Below, in pieces: positions 17,572-26,257 of a stretch of 64,000 nucleotides of DNA (position 1 is its first letter; each line of letters opens with the position of its first letter). Origin of the DNA: a virus. The notes under the pieces were generated by a model. The model saw nothing but the letters and a program-made list of their open reading frames with translations. It made no database searches and was not told the origin of the DNA. Where the stretch lies: positions 5,237-69,236 of the IMG/VR virus record IMGVR_UViG_3300044641_004408, one strand, 5' to 3'. A program made the translations under genes and the position numbers.

Positions 17572-20500
17572 TTACGTTGTTGATTGATAAGTAATTGTTC
17601 CAAGTCCTTGCCAACCATTAGCAAGTGTCCCGCCACCTATAATTAAAGCAGTTGTTGAACCATCTGAAACAGTTCTAATCTGTAATGTATTTCCGGTCAA
17701 TGCATTTTCACGCCCTGACCCCATTGGTCTAATTGGGGTTAAACCACAAGCAAAGGGTAATGAAATAAGTACGTCACCACTTCCAGTACCAACTGCATTA
17801 ATAGTAATAATAAATGAATAATTAACCATTCTACCAACTTTTACATAACTACCGCTTTGTGTAACCGTTGTAAATGCACCACCACCAGCAGGACTTGCAG
17901 AAGGACTACTTGTACCTTCTTCATAATCATCTAAAGTATTTGGGTCTGCTGATGTAACTTGAGATGCTGGGAAAACTACTCCGTTTGTTGCAACTGTACT
18001 TGAGAATGTAGCAGCACCAGTTGTATCTATAACCATTTTAGCAGTAGTAGAACCATTGGTATAAAAATTTAAACCAACACCAGATGTTCCATAAATTATA
18101 GCTTTTGAAGCTAAAGCACCTGCACCTGAATTAGCGTAACCAACAATTAACTTTTCACTACCTGCATTATCTAAATAATCAGAAGTACTATAATAACCGC
18201 TATTTGTATTTTGAATAGTCAATGAATGACCTAAATTAGCAGTTGTAAACGTAGCAGCACCAGTAGAAGCTATTGTAAGTCTTACCGCATTATTAGTACC
18301 AAATATTAAACCACCATTTTCAAAGTTATATAAGTATCCATCTAATTGGTCGTCATAACTAAGCATTAAACCATCTGTGCCAGTTGCACCAGAAACGCTA
18401 TTAGTTAATTTAATTTGCGCTCTAATTCCAGTTCCAGCGCCTACAATTTGTAAAGCAGTATTATTTGATGCTTGACCAGTTGGTGATACTGTATTTATAC
18501 CAACACTTGTGCCATTATCAAATATTAAGCTATTGCCTATTACGCTTGATGCTGTGAACTTTGGTACATAGTTTGTTGTACCACTTCCACCAATACCACT
18601 ATAAGCTCCTACTGCATAAGAATAAGCATATACTACTACTATATCATTTAATTGACAAGCAGTGGCTAATATTATACTTGTACCATTGGTCGCAGTATAT
18701 TCTGATTGAGCTAAATTAGAACCATTATAAAAAACATCTATTAACCCTTGTGTATATGTAACTGCAAATGTGGTCTGACCAGCAGTCGCAGTAAATGTAG
18801 TTATTGTTCTTAAAGCATTGGTTGGTAAAAATGCAGTCAAATAGTTATCAATTTCAACAATCTGACCAACTGTTAAAGCATCTGTTAATACCACAGTGGT
18901 ACCATTGGTTGCCGTATAATCCACGCCATTAACCAATTTAACACCATTCACAAACACATCTACCATCCCTAAATTATATCCATTAGCTACAGTAAATGTC
19001 GTTTGACCCGCTGTTGAAGTAAACACCTGAACCGCTCTCGCTGAAGTCGTTGCCATACCACTCGTACCGCTACTACCGCTCGTTCCTGTCGTTCCACTCG
19101 TTGCGCTCGTCCCGCTTGTACCTGTGGTTCCGCTAGATCCGCTAGATCCGCTGCTGCCGCTCGTTCCGCTGCTGCCACTGGTTCCGCTGCTGCCGCTCGT
19201 GCCTGTTGTACCGCTGCTTCCGCTCGTTCCGCTAGAACCCGCCGAACCTGAAGAACCCGTAGAACCATCAAGACCTGAAGTACCTGAAGTACCGCTAGAT
19301 CCTGCCGATCCTGAGCTACCTGTATTTCCGCTTGAACCGTTAATGCCCGATGTACCGCTCGTACCCGATGTTGTACCTACAGCTATACCAATTTGTTTTA
19401 TGTTGGTAATGATTGAAGGCGCTGCTGGGATTGCTCCTGCTGCCGCCACTGCTGTTATTTGAACATGGTCGCTATCTGATGAGAAGTAAACCTCGTAGTA
19501 ATCTCCTGCATTTGCGCTATCAATGATAGAAACAAATGGCAATTGTTTAGTTGAGTTAGAATTTAAACCTAAAATAGAGTCTGTTCTAATGATATTGCTA
19601 CCATTTTTCTTTAACCAAATATCAACTTCGGAAGCTGAACCACCTTGAGTTTTTTCTACTTGTAAAGAGTAAGCTATTTCATAGATACCAGTATGTTGAA
19701 CAGTAAGTTGTGAGCCACTGAAAACAATACCATTACTATATTCATCATTTGTATATGTAATTGCTGTTGGTGTATTTGCCGCAGTTACCACTTGAGTAGC
19801 TGTACTTGTAAACGCACCATACCAGTTAGCAATAGAAGCACCTGAAGAACCGTCTATACCATTACGTCCGGTTGTGCCGGATGTTCCGCTTGATCCGCTG
19901 CTGCCGCTTGTACCTGTTGTGCCGCTTGATCCGCTGCTCCCGCTAGTCCCTGTAGTCCCGCTCGTTCCTGCCGATCCGCTGCTGCCACTCGTACCGCTAG
20001 ATCCATCCCCTCCACTCGCACCATCCAAGTTAATTGTCCATGATGAATAAGTTCCACCACCTACTGTTCTAAAAGGCGCGCCAAAAGATAAAGAACCTGT
20101 TGATGGATTATAAGCTGTAACCTCACACTCTTGGAAGTTATTAGCGTCATAAACCACAATAATAGATTGAGCTACCGTATATGCTAATTGAGTTGCTACA
20201 GTTATTGTTCCTGCATTACCCAAAGTAAATGTTGTTGTTGATGTTGTGGCATATCTATCACCTTGAACACCACTTGTACCTGAAGTTCCCGCCGTAGCTG
20301 AAGTTCCAGAAGTACCTGCCGTTCCTGAAGTCGCAGATGTGCCTGATGTTCCTGAAGTCGCCGATGTACCTGAAGTACCCGATGTGCCTCCCGTTCCGTC
20401 TGTTGCTGATGTACCTGAACTTCCTGATGAACCTGATGATCCTGATGTACCTGTACTACCGGATGTGCCTGAAGTGCCTGATGTTGCTGACGATCCCGAT

Positions 20501-20805
20501 GTACCTGAAGTCGCAGATGAACCCGATGTACCTGCTGTTGCAGATGTGCCTGAAGTACCTGAAGAACCTGTGGTACCTGAAGTGCCTGACGAACCCGATG
20601 TACCCGTAGTACCCGCCGTTCCTGAAGTTGCTGATGTACCTGAAGTACCAGAGCTACCCGCCGTTCCTGACGATCCTGAAGAACCTGAAGTTCCAGAACT
20701 GCCTGAAGAAAAGCTAGTAGCAGTAACAATACCGTCATTGGCAACAAGCACCCCATTGAGTCCTCTTACCTTTAAATCGCCCGAAAAAAGACCTTGTATA
20801 CTCAC
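17572..20805 (-). CDS. Long tail fibre with SGTSG low-complexity repeats
   Basis: GTG start; three Ser/Gly/Thr repeat blocks, AGQTTF modules, LDDYEEG C-terminal domain. Confidence 0.8.
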   Translation of the reverse strand: MSIQGLFSGDLKVRGLNGVLVANDGIVTATSFSSGSSGTSGSSGSSGTAGSSGTSGTSATSGTAGTTGTSGSSGTSGTTGSSGTSGTSATAGTSGSSATSGTSGSSATSGTSGTSGSTGTSGSSGSSGSSGTSATDGTGGTSGTSGTSATSGTSGTSATSGTAGTSGTSATAGTSGTSGVQGDRYATTSTTTFTLGNAGTITVATQLAYTVAQSIIVVYDANNFQECEVTAYNPSTGSLSFGAPFRTVGGGTYSSWTINLDGASGGDGSSGTSGSSGSAGTSGTTGTSGSSGSSGTTGTSGSSGSSGTSGTTGRNGIDGSSGASIANWYGAFTSTATQVVTAANTPTAITYTNDEYSNGIVFSGSQLTVQHTGIYEIAYSLQVEKTQGGSASEVDIWLKKNGSNIIRTDSILGLNSNSTKQLPFVSIIDSANAGDYYEVYFSSDSDHVQITAVAAAGAIPAAPSIITNIKQIGIAVGTTSGTSGTSGINGSSGNTGSSGSAGSSGTSGTSGLDGSTGSSGSAGSSGTSGSSGTTGTSGSSGTSGSSGTSGSSGSSGSSGTTGTSGTSATSGTTGTSGSSGTSGMATTSARAVQVFTSTAGQTTFTVANGYNLGMVDVFVNGVKLVNGVDYTATNGTTVVLTDALTVGQIVEIDNYLTAFLPTNALRTITTFTATAGQTTFAVTYTQGLIDVFYNGSNLAQSEYTATNGTSIILATACQLNDIVVVYAYSYAVGAYSGIGGSGTTNYVPKFTASSVIGNSLIFDNGTSVGINTVSPTGQASNNTALQIVGAGTGIRAQIKLTNSVSGATGTDGLMLSYDDQLDGYLYNFENGGLIFGTNNAVRLTIASTGAATFTTANLGHSLTIQNTNSGYYSTSDYLDNAGSEKLIVGYANSGAGALASKAIIYGTSGVGLNFYTNGSTTAKMVIDTTGAATFSSTVATNGVVFPASQVTSADPNTLDDYEEGTSSPSASPAGGGAFTTVTQSGSYVKVGRMVNYSFIITINAVGTGSGDVLISLPFACGLTPIRPMGSGRENALTGNTLQIRTVSDGSTTALIIGGGTLANGWQGLGTITYQSTT
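19055..20710 (-). repeat. Three blocks of 9-bp-period (S/A-G-T/S) coding repeats
   Basis: Blocks at about 20270-20710, 19835-20030 and 19055-19380. Confidence 0.9.
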
Positions 20806-20807
20806 AA

Positions 20808-21350
20808 TTAAACGTATTTAAATGTTGTTAAATTTTTGTTTTGACCATTCAACTTAGCTTTTAATGTAGTTGGTTTTAAACCAAGTACATCGGCTGCCTC
20901 ATTGATACCAATGTAATAAATGCCAGTTGATTCATCTAATATTAATTTAGATGTCTTTTCCCTTGCTTTTCTGCCATTGGCGGCTCCATTTTTTTTACCT
21001 CCATTACTTAATGCTTTAAGCATTTTATCATTTACAACTCTTAAACCAGTATCGCAAGCATGTTTTTGATTCTCTGATGGCGTACACCATTCAAGATTAA
21101 AAAGCATATTATTTGCCTTATCCCCGTCTATATGATTAACTTGAGCTTTATTTTCAGGGTTTGGGATATACGTTTCTGCAACTAATCTATGTATAGTTTG
21201 CCACTTACACCCTTTTTCGTTAAATAACTGAACACGAGGATATCCTGCTGTAGTCTTGTTTGTTTGACTCAAAAATCTCATTGAAAACAATGAAAAGATT
21301 TTACCGTCAACGGTAACTAAGTAATTTGGATATTCTTTAATTTGGCGCAT
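20808..21350 (-). CDS. NUMOD4/HNH homing endonuclease
   Basis: Y.V..DG; IHRLVA, VNHIDGDK.NN...NLEW. Confidence 0.88.
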   Translation of the reverse strand: MRQIKEYPNYLVTVDGKIFSLFSMRFLSQTNKTTAGYPRVQLFNEKGCKWQTIHRLVAETYIPNPENKAQVNHIDGDKANNMLFNLEWCTPSENQKHACDTGLRVVNDKMLKALSNGGKKNGAANGRKAREKTSKLILDESTGIYYIGINEAADVLGLKPTTLKAKLNGQNKNLTTFKYV

Positions 21351-21353
21351 ATG

Positions 21354-21905
21354 TTATTTTACTAATATTCTTACAAATTCATTTAAGTAGAATGGAACAT
21401 CTGAAGATACAGTTAGAGTACCTGTAGATGAATTCCAAGATACTTGATTTCCAGATGGAACACCTGATGTGATAATTGTACCAACATCAATACCACCTCT
21501 TGATGCATAAAGTAAAGTTGTATTTATTGCTTCAGAGAATGTGATACTTGCTGTTCCTTCTACTGCAAACTTAGAGTACTCGCGTACACCTTGTCCACCA
21601 CCGCCCGGTACTACGTTACCACCAGAGCTACCATTAGCTAATATTTCTTGTGCTATACCAATTTTAGCTCCACATAAAGCATAAACATAATTTGCTACGC
21701 CTTGTAATGTTTGTGGATTATCACCTGTACCATTTTCTAAATTTTGATCATTACCATATTCTAATGCTTTCCATTCCATATAAAGCTGAACTGGTTTACG
21801 AGGATCTATAGTTCCATTAAAAAAAACCCTTTCCTTCGGGATACTACTATTCCAAAGGTATTCAGATATTTTCGCTAAAGATATTACTTCTGCTGGTGTT
21901 GCCAT
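21354..21905 (-). CDS. Putative virion structural protein
   Basis: Lies upstream of fibres; beta-rich C-terminus. Confidence 0.5.
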   Translation of the reverse strand: MATPAEVISLAKISEYLWNSSIPKERVFFNGTIDPRKPVQLYMEWKALEYGNDQNLENGTGDNPQTLQGVANYVYALCGAKIGIAQEILANGSSGGNVVPGGGGQGVREYSKFAVEGTASITFSEAINTTLLYASRGGIDVGTIITSGVPSGNQVSWNSSTGTLTVSSDVPFYLNEFVRILVK

Positions 21906-22423
21906 TAGAAAAAGTATGATGAGTTAGTAGATATAAATGTTGCTCTATTCAATGCAGATTGTGCGCTGAATATATCTGAAGCAAATGAAATTGCTTGATA
22001 TGCGCTATCCAATTCTACTCTTAAAATCATTTTTGTTTGATACCAATTCGTACTAGCAGTCAAATTAGAATTTGCCACCTGACTTTCAGTTAGACCATAA
22101 TAAAATGTTTCATTATATGCAGTAAATGCGTATGATGTAGTTTTATTTGCAACAAGAACATTACTTGATGTTAACCATTGAACAGTTATACTTAATGCAG
22201 AATCTTGTGTTAAAACATTTAAACTGATACTTACGTCTGCTAAAGCCCAATCAATATAATCTGTAGTTGTTCCAGTAGGAACTAAATAAGTACCATTTGA
22301 TTGTAATAAATATACTCTACGCTTCGCAATGGTTACATCTGAACCAGTTGAAGTATCTGTAAGAGTTATTATATTAGGCGTGCCACTATTTTGGCTTGCT
22401 GTGAAATTTGGAGAAATTGGCAT
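21905..22423 (-). CDS. Putative virion structural protein
   Basis: Start MPISPNF; TDTSTG motif; preceded by TATATTTG (22439-22446). Confidence 0.55.
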   Translation of the reverse strand: MPISPNFTASQNSGTPNIITLTDTSTGSDVTIAKRRVYLLQSNGTYLVPTGTTTDYIDWALADVSISLNVLTQDSALSITVQWLTSSNVLVANKTTSYAFTAYNETFYYGLTESQVANSNLTASTNWYQTKMILRVELDSAYQAISFASDIFSAQSALNRATFISTNSSYFF

Positions 22424-22463
22424 TACTAAAAATTTACCCAAATATAAGAAATTTATAGGAATT

Positions 22464-22628
22464 CTACCCCATTTTTCTTTTCTTCATGGCTTTTAGCTTG
22501 CTTACCTTAGCTGGTAGTTTCTTCCCTTTACTAGCTTGGTTCCATTCGTTAACATCTACCCCTTGTTTTTCAAGTTCTTTTTTGTTCACATTGAAGTAGG
22601 CTTGTTGTGCTTTTGACTTATATGGCAT
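22464..22628 (-). CDS. Small basic protein (MPYKSKAQQAYF...)
   Basis: 54-aa ORF read manually; below the ORF-track cut-off. Confidence 0.6.
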   Translation of the reverse strand: MPYKSKAQQAYFNVNKKELEKQGVDVNEWNQASKGKKLPAKVSKLKAMKKRKMG

Positions 22629-22638
22629 ATTTTTAATA

Positions 22639-25600
22639 TTATTGATCTTCTTCTAATCCCAAAATTTCATCCCAAGTAAACTTTAAATCCTCTTGCAAAT
22701 ACTCTTCTGGCTCTGGCTTTTCTCCGAATAAATCTTTTTTAACTTTTTTGGTTGCAAGTGTTTTTATTTTACTTATGGCTTTCATTAAATCTTCTTTTGA
22801 TACTTCAGCAATTGGCTTTAATATTGTATTTTCTCCCTCCAGAACTGGTACCCCTTTTTGGTATATGTCTGTCATGTATTTGCCAATTATAGCATCTCTT
22901 TTCTTTACAAACTCGTTAAACTCCTCTTTTGTTATTGGCTTCCCGATTTTATCTACTTTATAATTTAATATAAGATTCTTGTCCATTGCACTAGATACTT
23001 GAGTATCTTTTAAAAGCGATTCCAAGTCCCTTTTATCGTACATTTTTTCATTTACTACTTTAATACCCATAAAAGCAGGTATTCCTCTAGTTAAAATAGC
23101 TTCTGTGCCATCTATCTTCATTTGTTCTCTTAATTCCTTGATAAACAATGGCTCAAATAAGTCACTAGCTATCTGCCCTTTGTCATCTAAATTATATTGT
23201 TTACCTTGAAAATTCTGCGAAAACATTAAATCCGCTGCTACACCTGTAAAAGGAGCTGCTTTACCTCTTGCAAACTTATAAGTTTCTGCTTTAGCATCAA
23301 ATTTAACAGGCTTGCCGTCTATTACCTTGTCCCTTAAAGTCATCATTGATATGTACCTTACATAAGGCGTAAATCTACCAAAAATATTATATGCCCATCC
23401 ATTTACGGCATCCTTTACTTGACCGAATGTTACACTTGTTGGATCAGAATCTACTTCTTTATCAGGATCTAACGCCATTGCAGCCATAACTAAAACGCCC
23501 ATTGCTATTCCATATGATGTTTCTCTCATTGCGTACTTTCTTACATCCTTAGTCATTGCCCTATAGTAACCCTTATCTTTACCTAAATTAACAGCGTCGC
23601 CAAGACCCATTATATTCAAAGAAGATGACATAAGACCCGGCGCCCATACTAATGCAGATATAAGGGGATCTGATGATTTTAAAAGATTATGTATTTTACC
23701 TCTACCTGTTATGTTATTTGCATAACTTGCCAAGCTTTTAAAATCTTCAATATTGTTATCTAAAGTTTTACCTTGATTTAGTAATCTTTCTGCTCCTCTT
23801 AAAAATATTTGCAATCTAAATTCATTACTAAATGCAGCAAATATTCTTTCAAATGGAGAAAGTATATCTGATGCTTTATATGTTTTAGTTGTTATTTCGC
23901 CGGGGAAATTTTCCCATTGTCCCTCTTTGTTCTGAACAGAATATGGCTCTCCTTTTTTAGAAACTGTAAACTTTATTTTATCCAACCAGTTTTTACCACC
24001 AAATTGTTCATTTTCAATTGATTGTCTAAATCCTTTTGGATCAATCAAATCTAATCCAGATCTAGTAATCATATCAAGCAATGGCTTATTTTCATAAATC
24101 TGAATTAATCTTGCTCTAAAATTAGCTTCACTAGCAAAAACATCTAGTTGCGCTTTTAATCCTTTTGCTGTAGCCTTAATATTCATTGGGTTTAAAACAG
24201 CAATACCATTTTGTATAAATACAACCGAGTTATCTATTCCAGCTTTCAATGCCTTTACGGTGTTAAAACCTTCTTGAGCAAACTTCCCAGTTTCAGCAAC
24301 TGCTCTTTGCAAACCTCTCTTAGACGCCATTTCCTCCCTAGCCATTTTTTGGGTGTACTCAAATTTTAAATTATCTAGCTTTTCTCTTGCAGCTATGAAT
24401 TTGTTAAATAATTCTGGATTTTTCTTTCTTAATTCGGTATCATCTAATATGTTTATGCGCTTTCGCTTTTCTGAATAATCGCCTTCTTTAATTCTTCTTT
24501 CAAATTCAGCTATTTGTGTTTCAACATTTTTAATAGAACTTTCTAGCTTTGCTTGATCTTTATCTTTAACAGGTTGATTTGCTTTGTCATAATACCCTGC
24601 TTTTCTTTTAACTTCAATTAATTGCTTATTTAAGTCTGCAATTCTTTGATTTTTTCTTATTTGTTCTTTTTCTGTCTTTGGTTTACCTGCTTTTACCGCC
24701 TCAATTTCATTAAGCAATTTTGCTTCTTTCCTTAAACTTTCAACCTTGTATTGTAATTCTGATTTTGTTGGCCTTGGTTCGTTATATTTGCCAGCAATCA
24801 TGTCTTGCACATCTTGCTTAGTCAATCCAGCCAATTCTGTTCTTAATAAATCATGTATTTTAGTAACTAAATCTCCAAGATTTTCAACTCCTTCTTGAAC
24901 ATATAACCTTGCTAATTTTGCTACATCTGGCGCAATTTCAATAAATTCTTGTACTCCCGGCAATGGAACGGCATTGATACCGCTTCTTCCTTGTCTAATA
25001 TCTTTTAACTTCTGCCTGATATCACCAATTACCTTATTTCTTTCTGCAACATAATCTATTTTTTTAGTGCTACTTTTTCTAGTTTTCTTTGTTTCATTTA
25101 TCTCTCTTTGAGTCAACTCTTTTGCAGCTGCATTATTTACTTGCTCTCTTAAATCCTCTACTTCTTTTTCAAGTTTTGCTATTTTTTCAAAATCAGCTTT
25201 AGCTTCTTTTTTTTGAGCTTCGGTTAATACTTCTACTCCATTTCTATTCATTTTATCAATGTAATAATCAGAAATAGTTGTCATTGGTGCTGGCATACCT
25301 TTTCTTGCCTGCAATACTCTAGCCGCATCAGTACCAATTATATCATTTATTATTGTTAATCTTCTTTGTTTAGCAAGTAGTTCGTCTGTTGGATTTTCTG
25401 CTATTTTAGCATCCAATTCCATATTTAAAATCTTAATTACTTCTTGCTCAAACAAACTAACGGGTCCACCATTTTCTAACTTATCAAGCAATTCATTTAC
25501 ATCTCCGCCATCCTTTAGCCATTCTTCAGCTTTTTGATTTGCTTCAAAATTGGTTATTACATCTGGATCATAGCTTTCCATATTAAGGTATTGCCTTCTC

Positions 25601-25746
25601 ATTTCATTAGCGGCCTTATTAATACCTCTAACTTCTGATTCTATACCAGCTAATTCAGCAGAAAATGCCTCTAAATTATTGGCTAAATACTCTTTAAGCT
25701 GTGCTTCGTTGTACTCAACTCCATCTATAACGTAAATGCAACCCAT
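22639..25746 (-). CDS. Large internal virion/ejection protein
   Basis: 1035 aa, helical, DP.S..FG motif with hydrophobic C-terminal region; last gene of ejection block. Confidence 0.6.
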   Translation of the reverse strand: MGCIYVIDGVEYNEAQLKEYLANNLEAFSAELAGIESEVRGINKAANEMRRQYLNMESYDPDVITNFEANQKAEEWLKDGGDVNELLDKLENGGPVSLFEQEVIKILNMELDAKIAENPTDELLAKQRRLTIINDIIGTDAARVLQARKGMPAPMTTISDYYIDKMNRNGVEVLTEAQKKEAKADFEKIAKLEKEVEDLREQVNNAAAKELTQREINETKKTRKSSTKKIDYVAERNKVIGDIRQKLKDIRQGRSGINAVPLPGVQEFIEIAPDVAKLARLYVQEGVENLGDLVTKIHDLLRTELAGLTKQDVQDMIAGKYNEPRPTKSELQYKVESLRKEAKLLNEIEAVKAGKPKTEKEQIRKNQRIADLNKQLIEVKRKAGYYDKANQPVKDKDQAKLESSIKNVETQIAEFERRIKEGDYSEKRKRINILDDTELRKKNPELFNKFIAAREKLDNLKFEYTQKMAREEMASKRGLQRAVAETGKFAQEGFNTVKALKAGIDNSVVFIQNGIAVLNPMNIKATAKGLKAQLDVFASEANFRARLIQIYENKPLLDMITRSGLDLIDPKGFRQSIENEQFGGKNWLDKIKFTVSKKGEPYSVQNKEGQWENFPGEITTKTYKASDILSPFERIFAAFSNEFRLQIFLRGAERLLNQGKTLDNNIEDFKSLASYANNITGRGKIHNLLKSSDPLISALVWAPGLMSSSLNIMGLGDAVNLGKDKGYYRAMTKDVRKYAMRETSYGIAMGVLVMAAMALDPDKEVDSDPTSVTFGQVKDAVNGWAYNIFGRFTPYVRYISMMTLRDKVIDGKPVKFDAKAETYKFARGKAAPFTGVAADLMFSQNFQGKQYNLDDKGQIASDLFEPLFIKELREQMKIDGTEAILTRGIPAFMGIKVVNEKMYDKRDLESLLKDTQVSSAMDKNLILNYKVDKIGKPITKEEFNEFVKKRDAIIGKYMTDIYQKGVPVLEGENTILKPIAEVSKEDLMKAISKIKTLATKKVKKDLFGEKPEPEEYLQEDLKFTWDEILGLEEDQ

Positions 25747-25756
25747 TATTTATATA

Positions 25757-26257
25757 TTATTGTTTTGACAAATATCTATCAAATTCTAAAATAGCTGCTT
25801 CATTTGTACCACATCTATTGTAACGACTAATTAAATCACCATAAGTTCCCACCGCTTTTAATTGAATGGTAACAAATTGCTGTAAGAATATACCTACTGC
25901 ACTATCTTCTTCATCGGCTTCTTGGTAGAATTTTTTGTATTGGTTATATACATCTAATTCCATATCATAAGCTACTTGCAAAGCTGTTGCGATTGAGTCA
26001 ATTTCATCTTCAATTGCATCTATTTTAGGCACATCTGCTACATCGCCCATATCATTGATAAAATCAACAAATATTTGGTAATGGGTAAGTTCTTCTGCAC
26101 TTTCTGCTAGAAAGTACTTTTGGCCTCCAAAAAAGCCTAATCTCTGTAATTGGTTAGCGATATGCTTCCAAAGGTTAGACTGGTACAATTCGGCGTATAT
26201 AGCCTTTTGCAAGCCCTTTTTCATACTAGGGCTTAATAAATTTTTTACGTTGGGCAT
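25757..26257 (-). CDS. Ferritin-like protein
   Basis: AE, EELTH, E and Q di-iron pattern in a 166-aa four-helix protein. Confidence 0.8.
   Translation of the reverse strand: MPNVKNLLSPSMKKGLQKAIYAELYQSNLWKHIANQLQRLGFFGGQKYFLAESAEELTHYQIFVDFINDMGDVADVPKIDAIEDEIDSIATALQVAYDMELDVYNQYKKFYQEADEEDSAVGIFLQQFVTIQLKAVGTYGDLISRYNRCGTNEAAILEFDRYLSKQ

Noticed and set aside
13586-20805. Diversity-generating retroelement or invertase shufflon acting on fibres
   Set aside because: No reverse transcriptase or site-specific recombinase seen; no TR/VR pair with adenine-specific differences noticed; shared motifs are short direct repeats
18987-20821. Alternative-frame and antisense ORFs (PLVPLL, PEVPDV types)
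   Set aside because: Shadows of the SGT repeat codons
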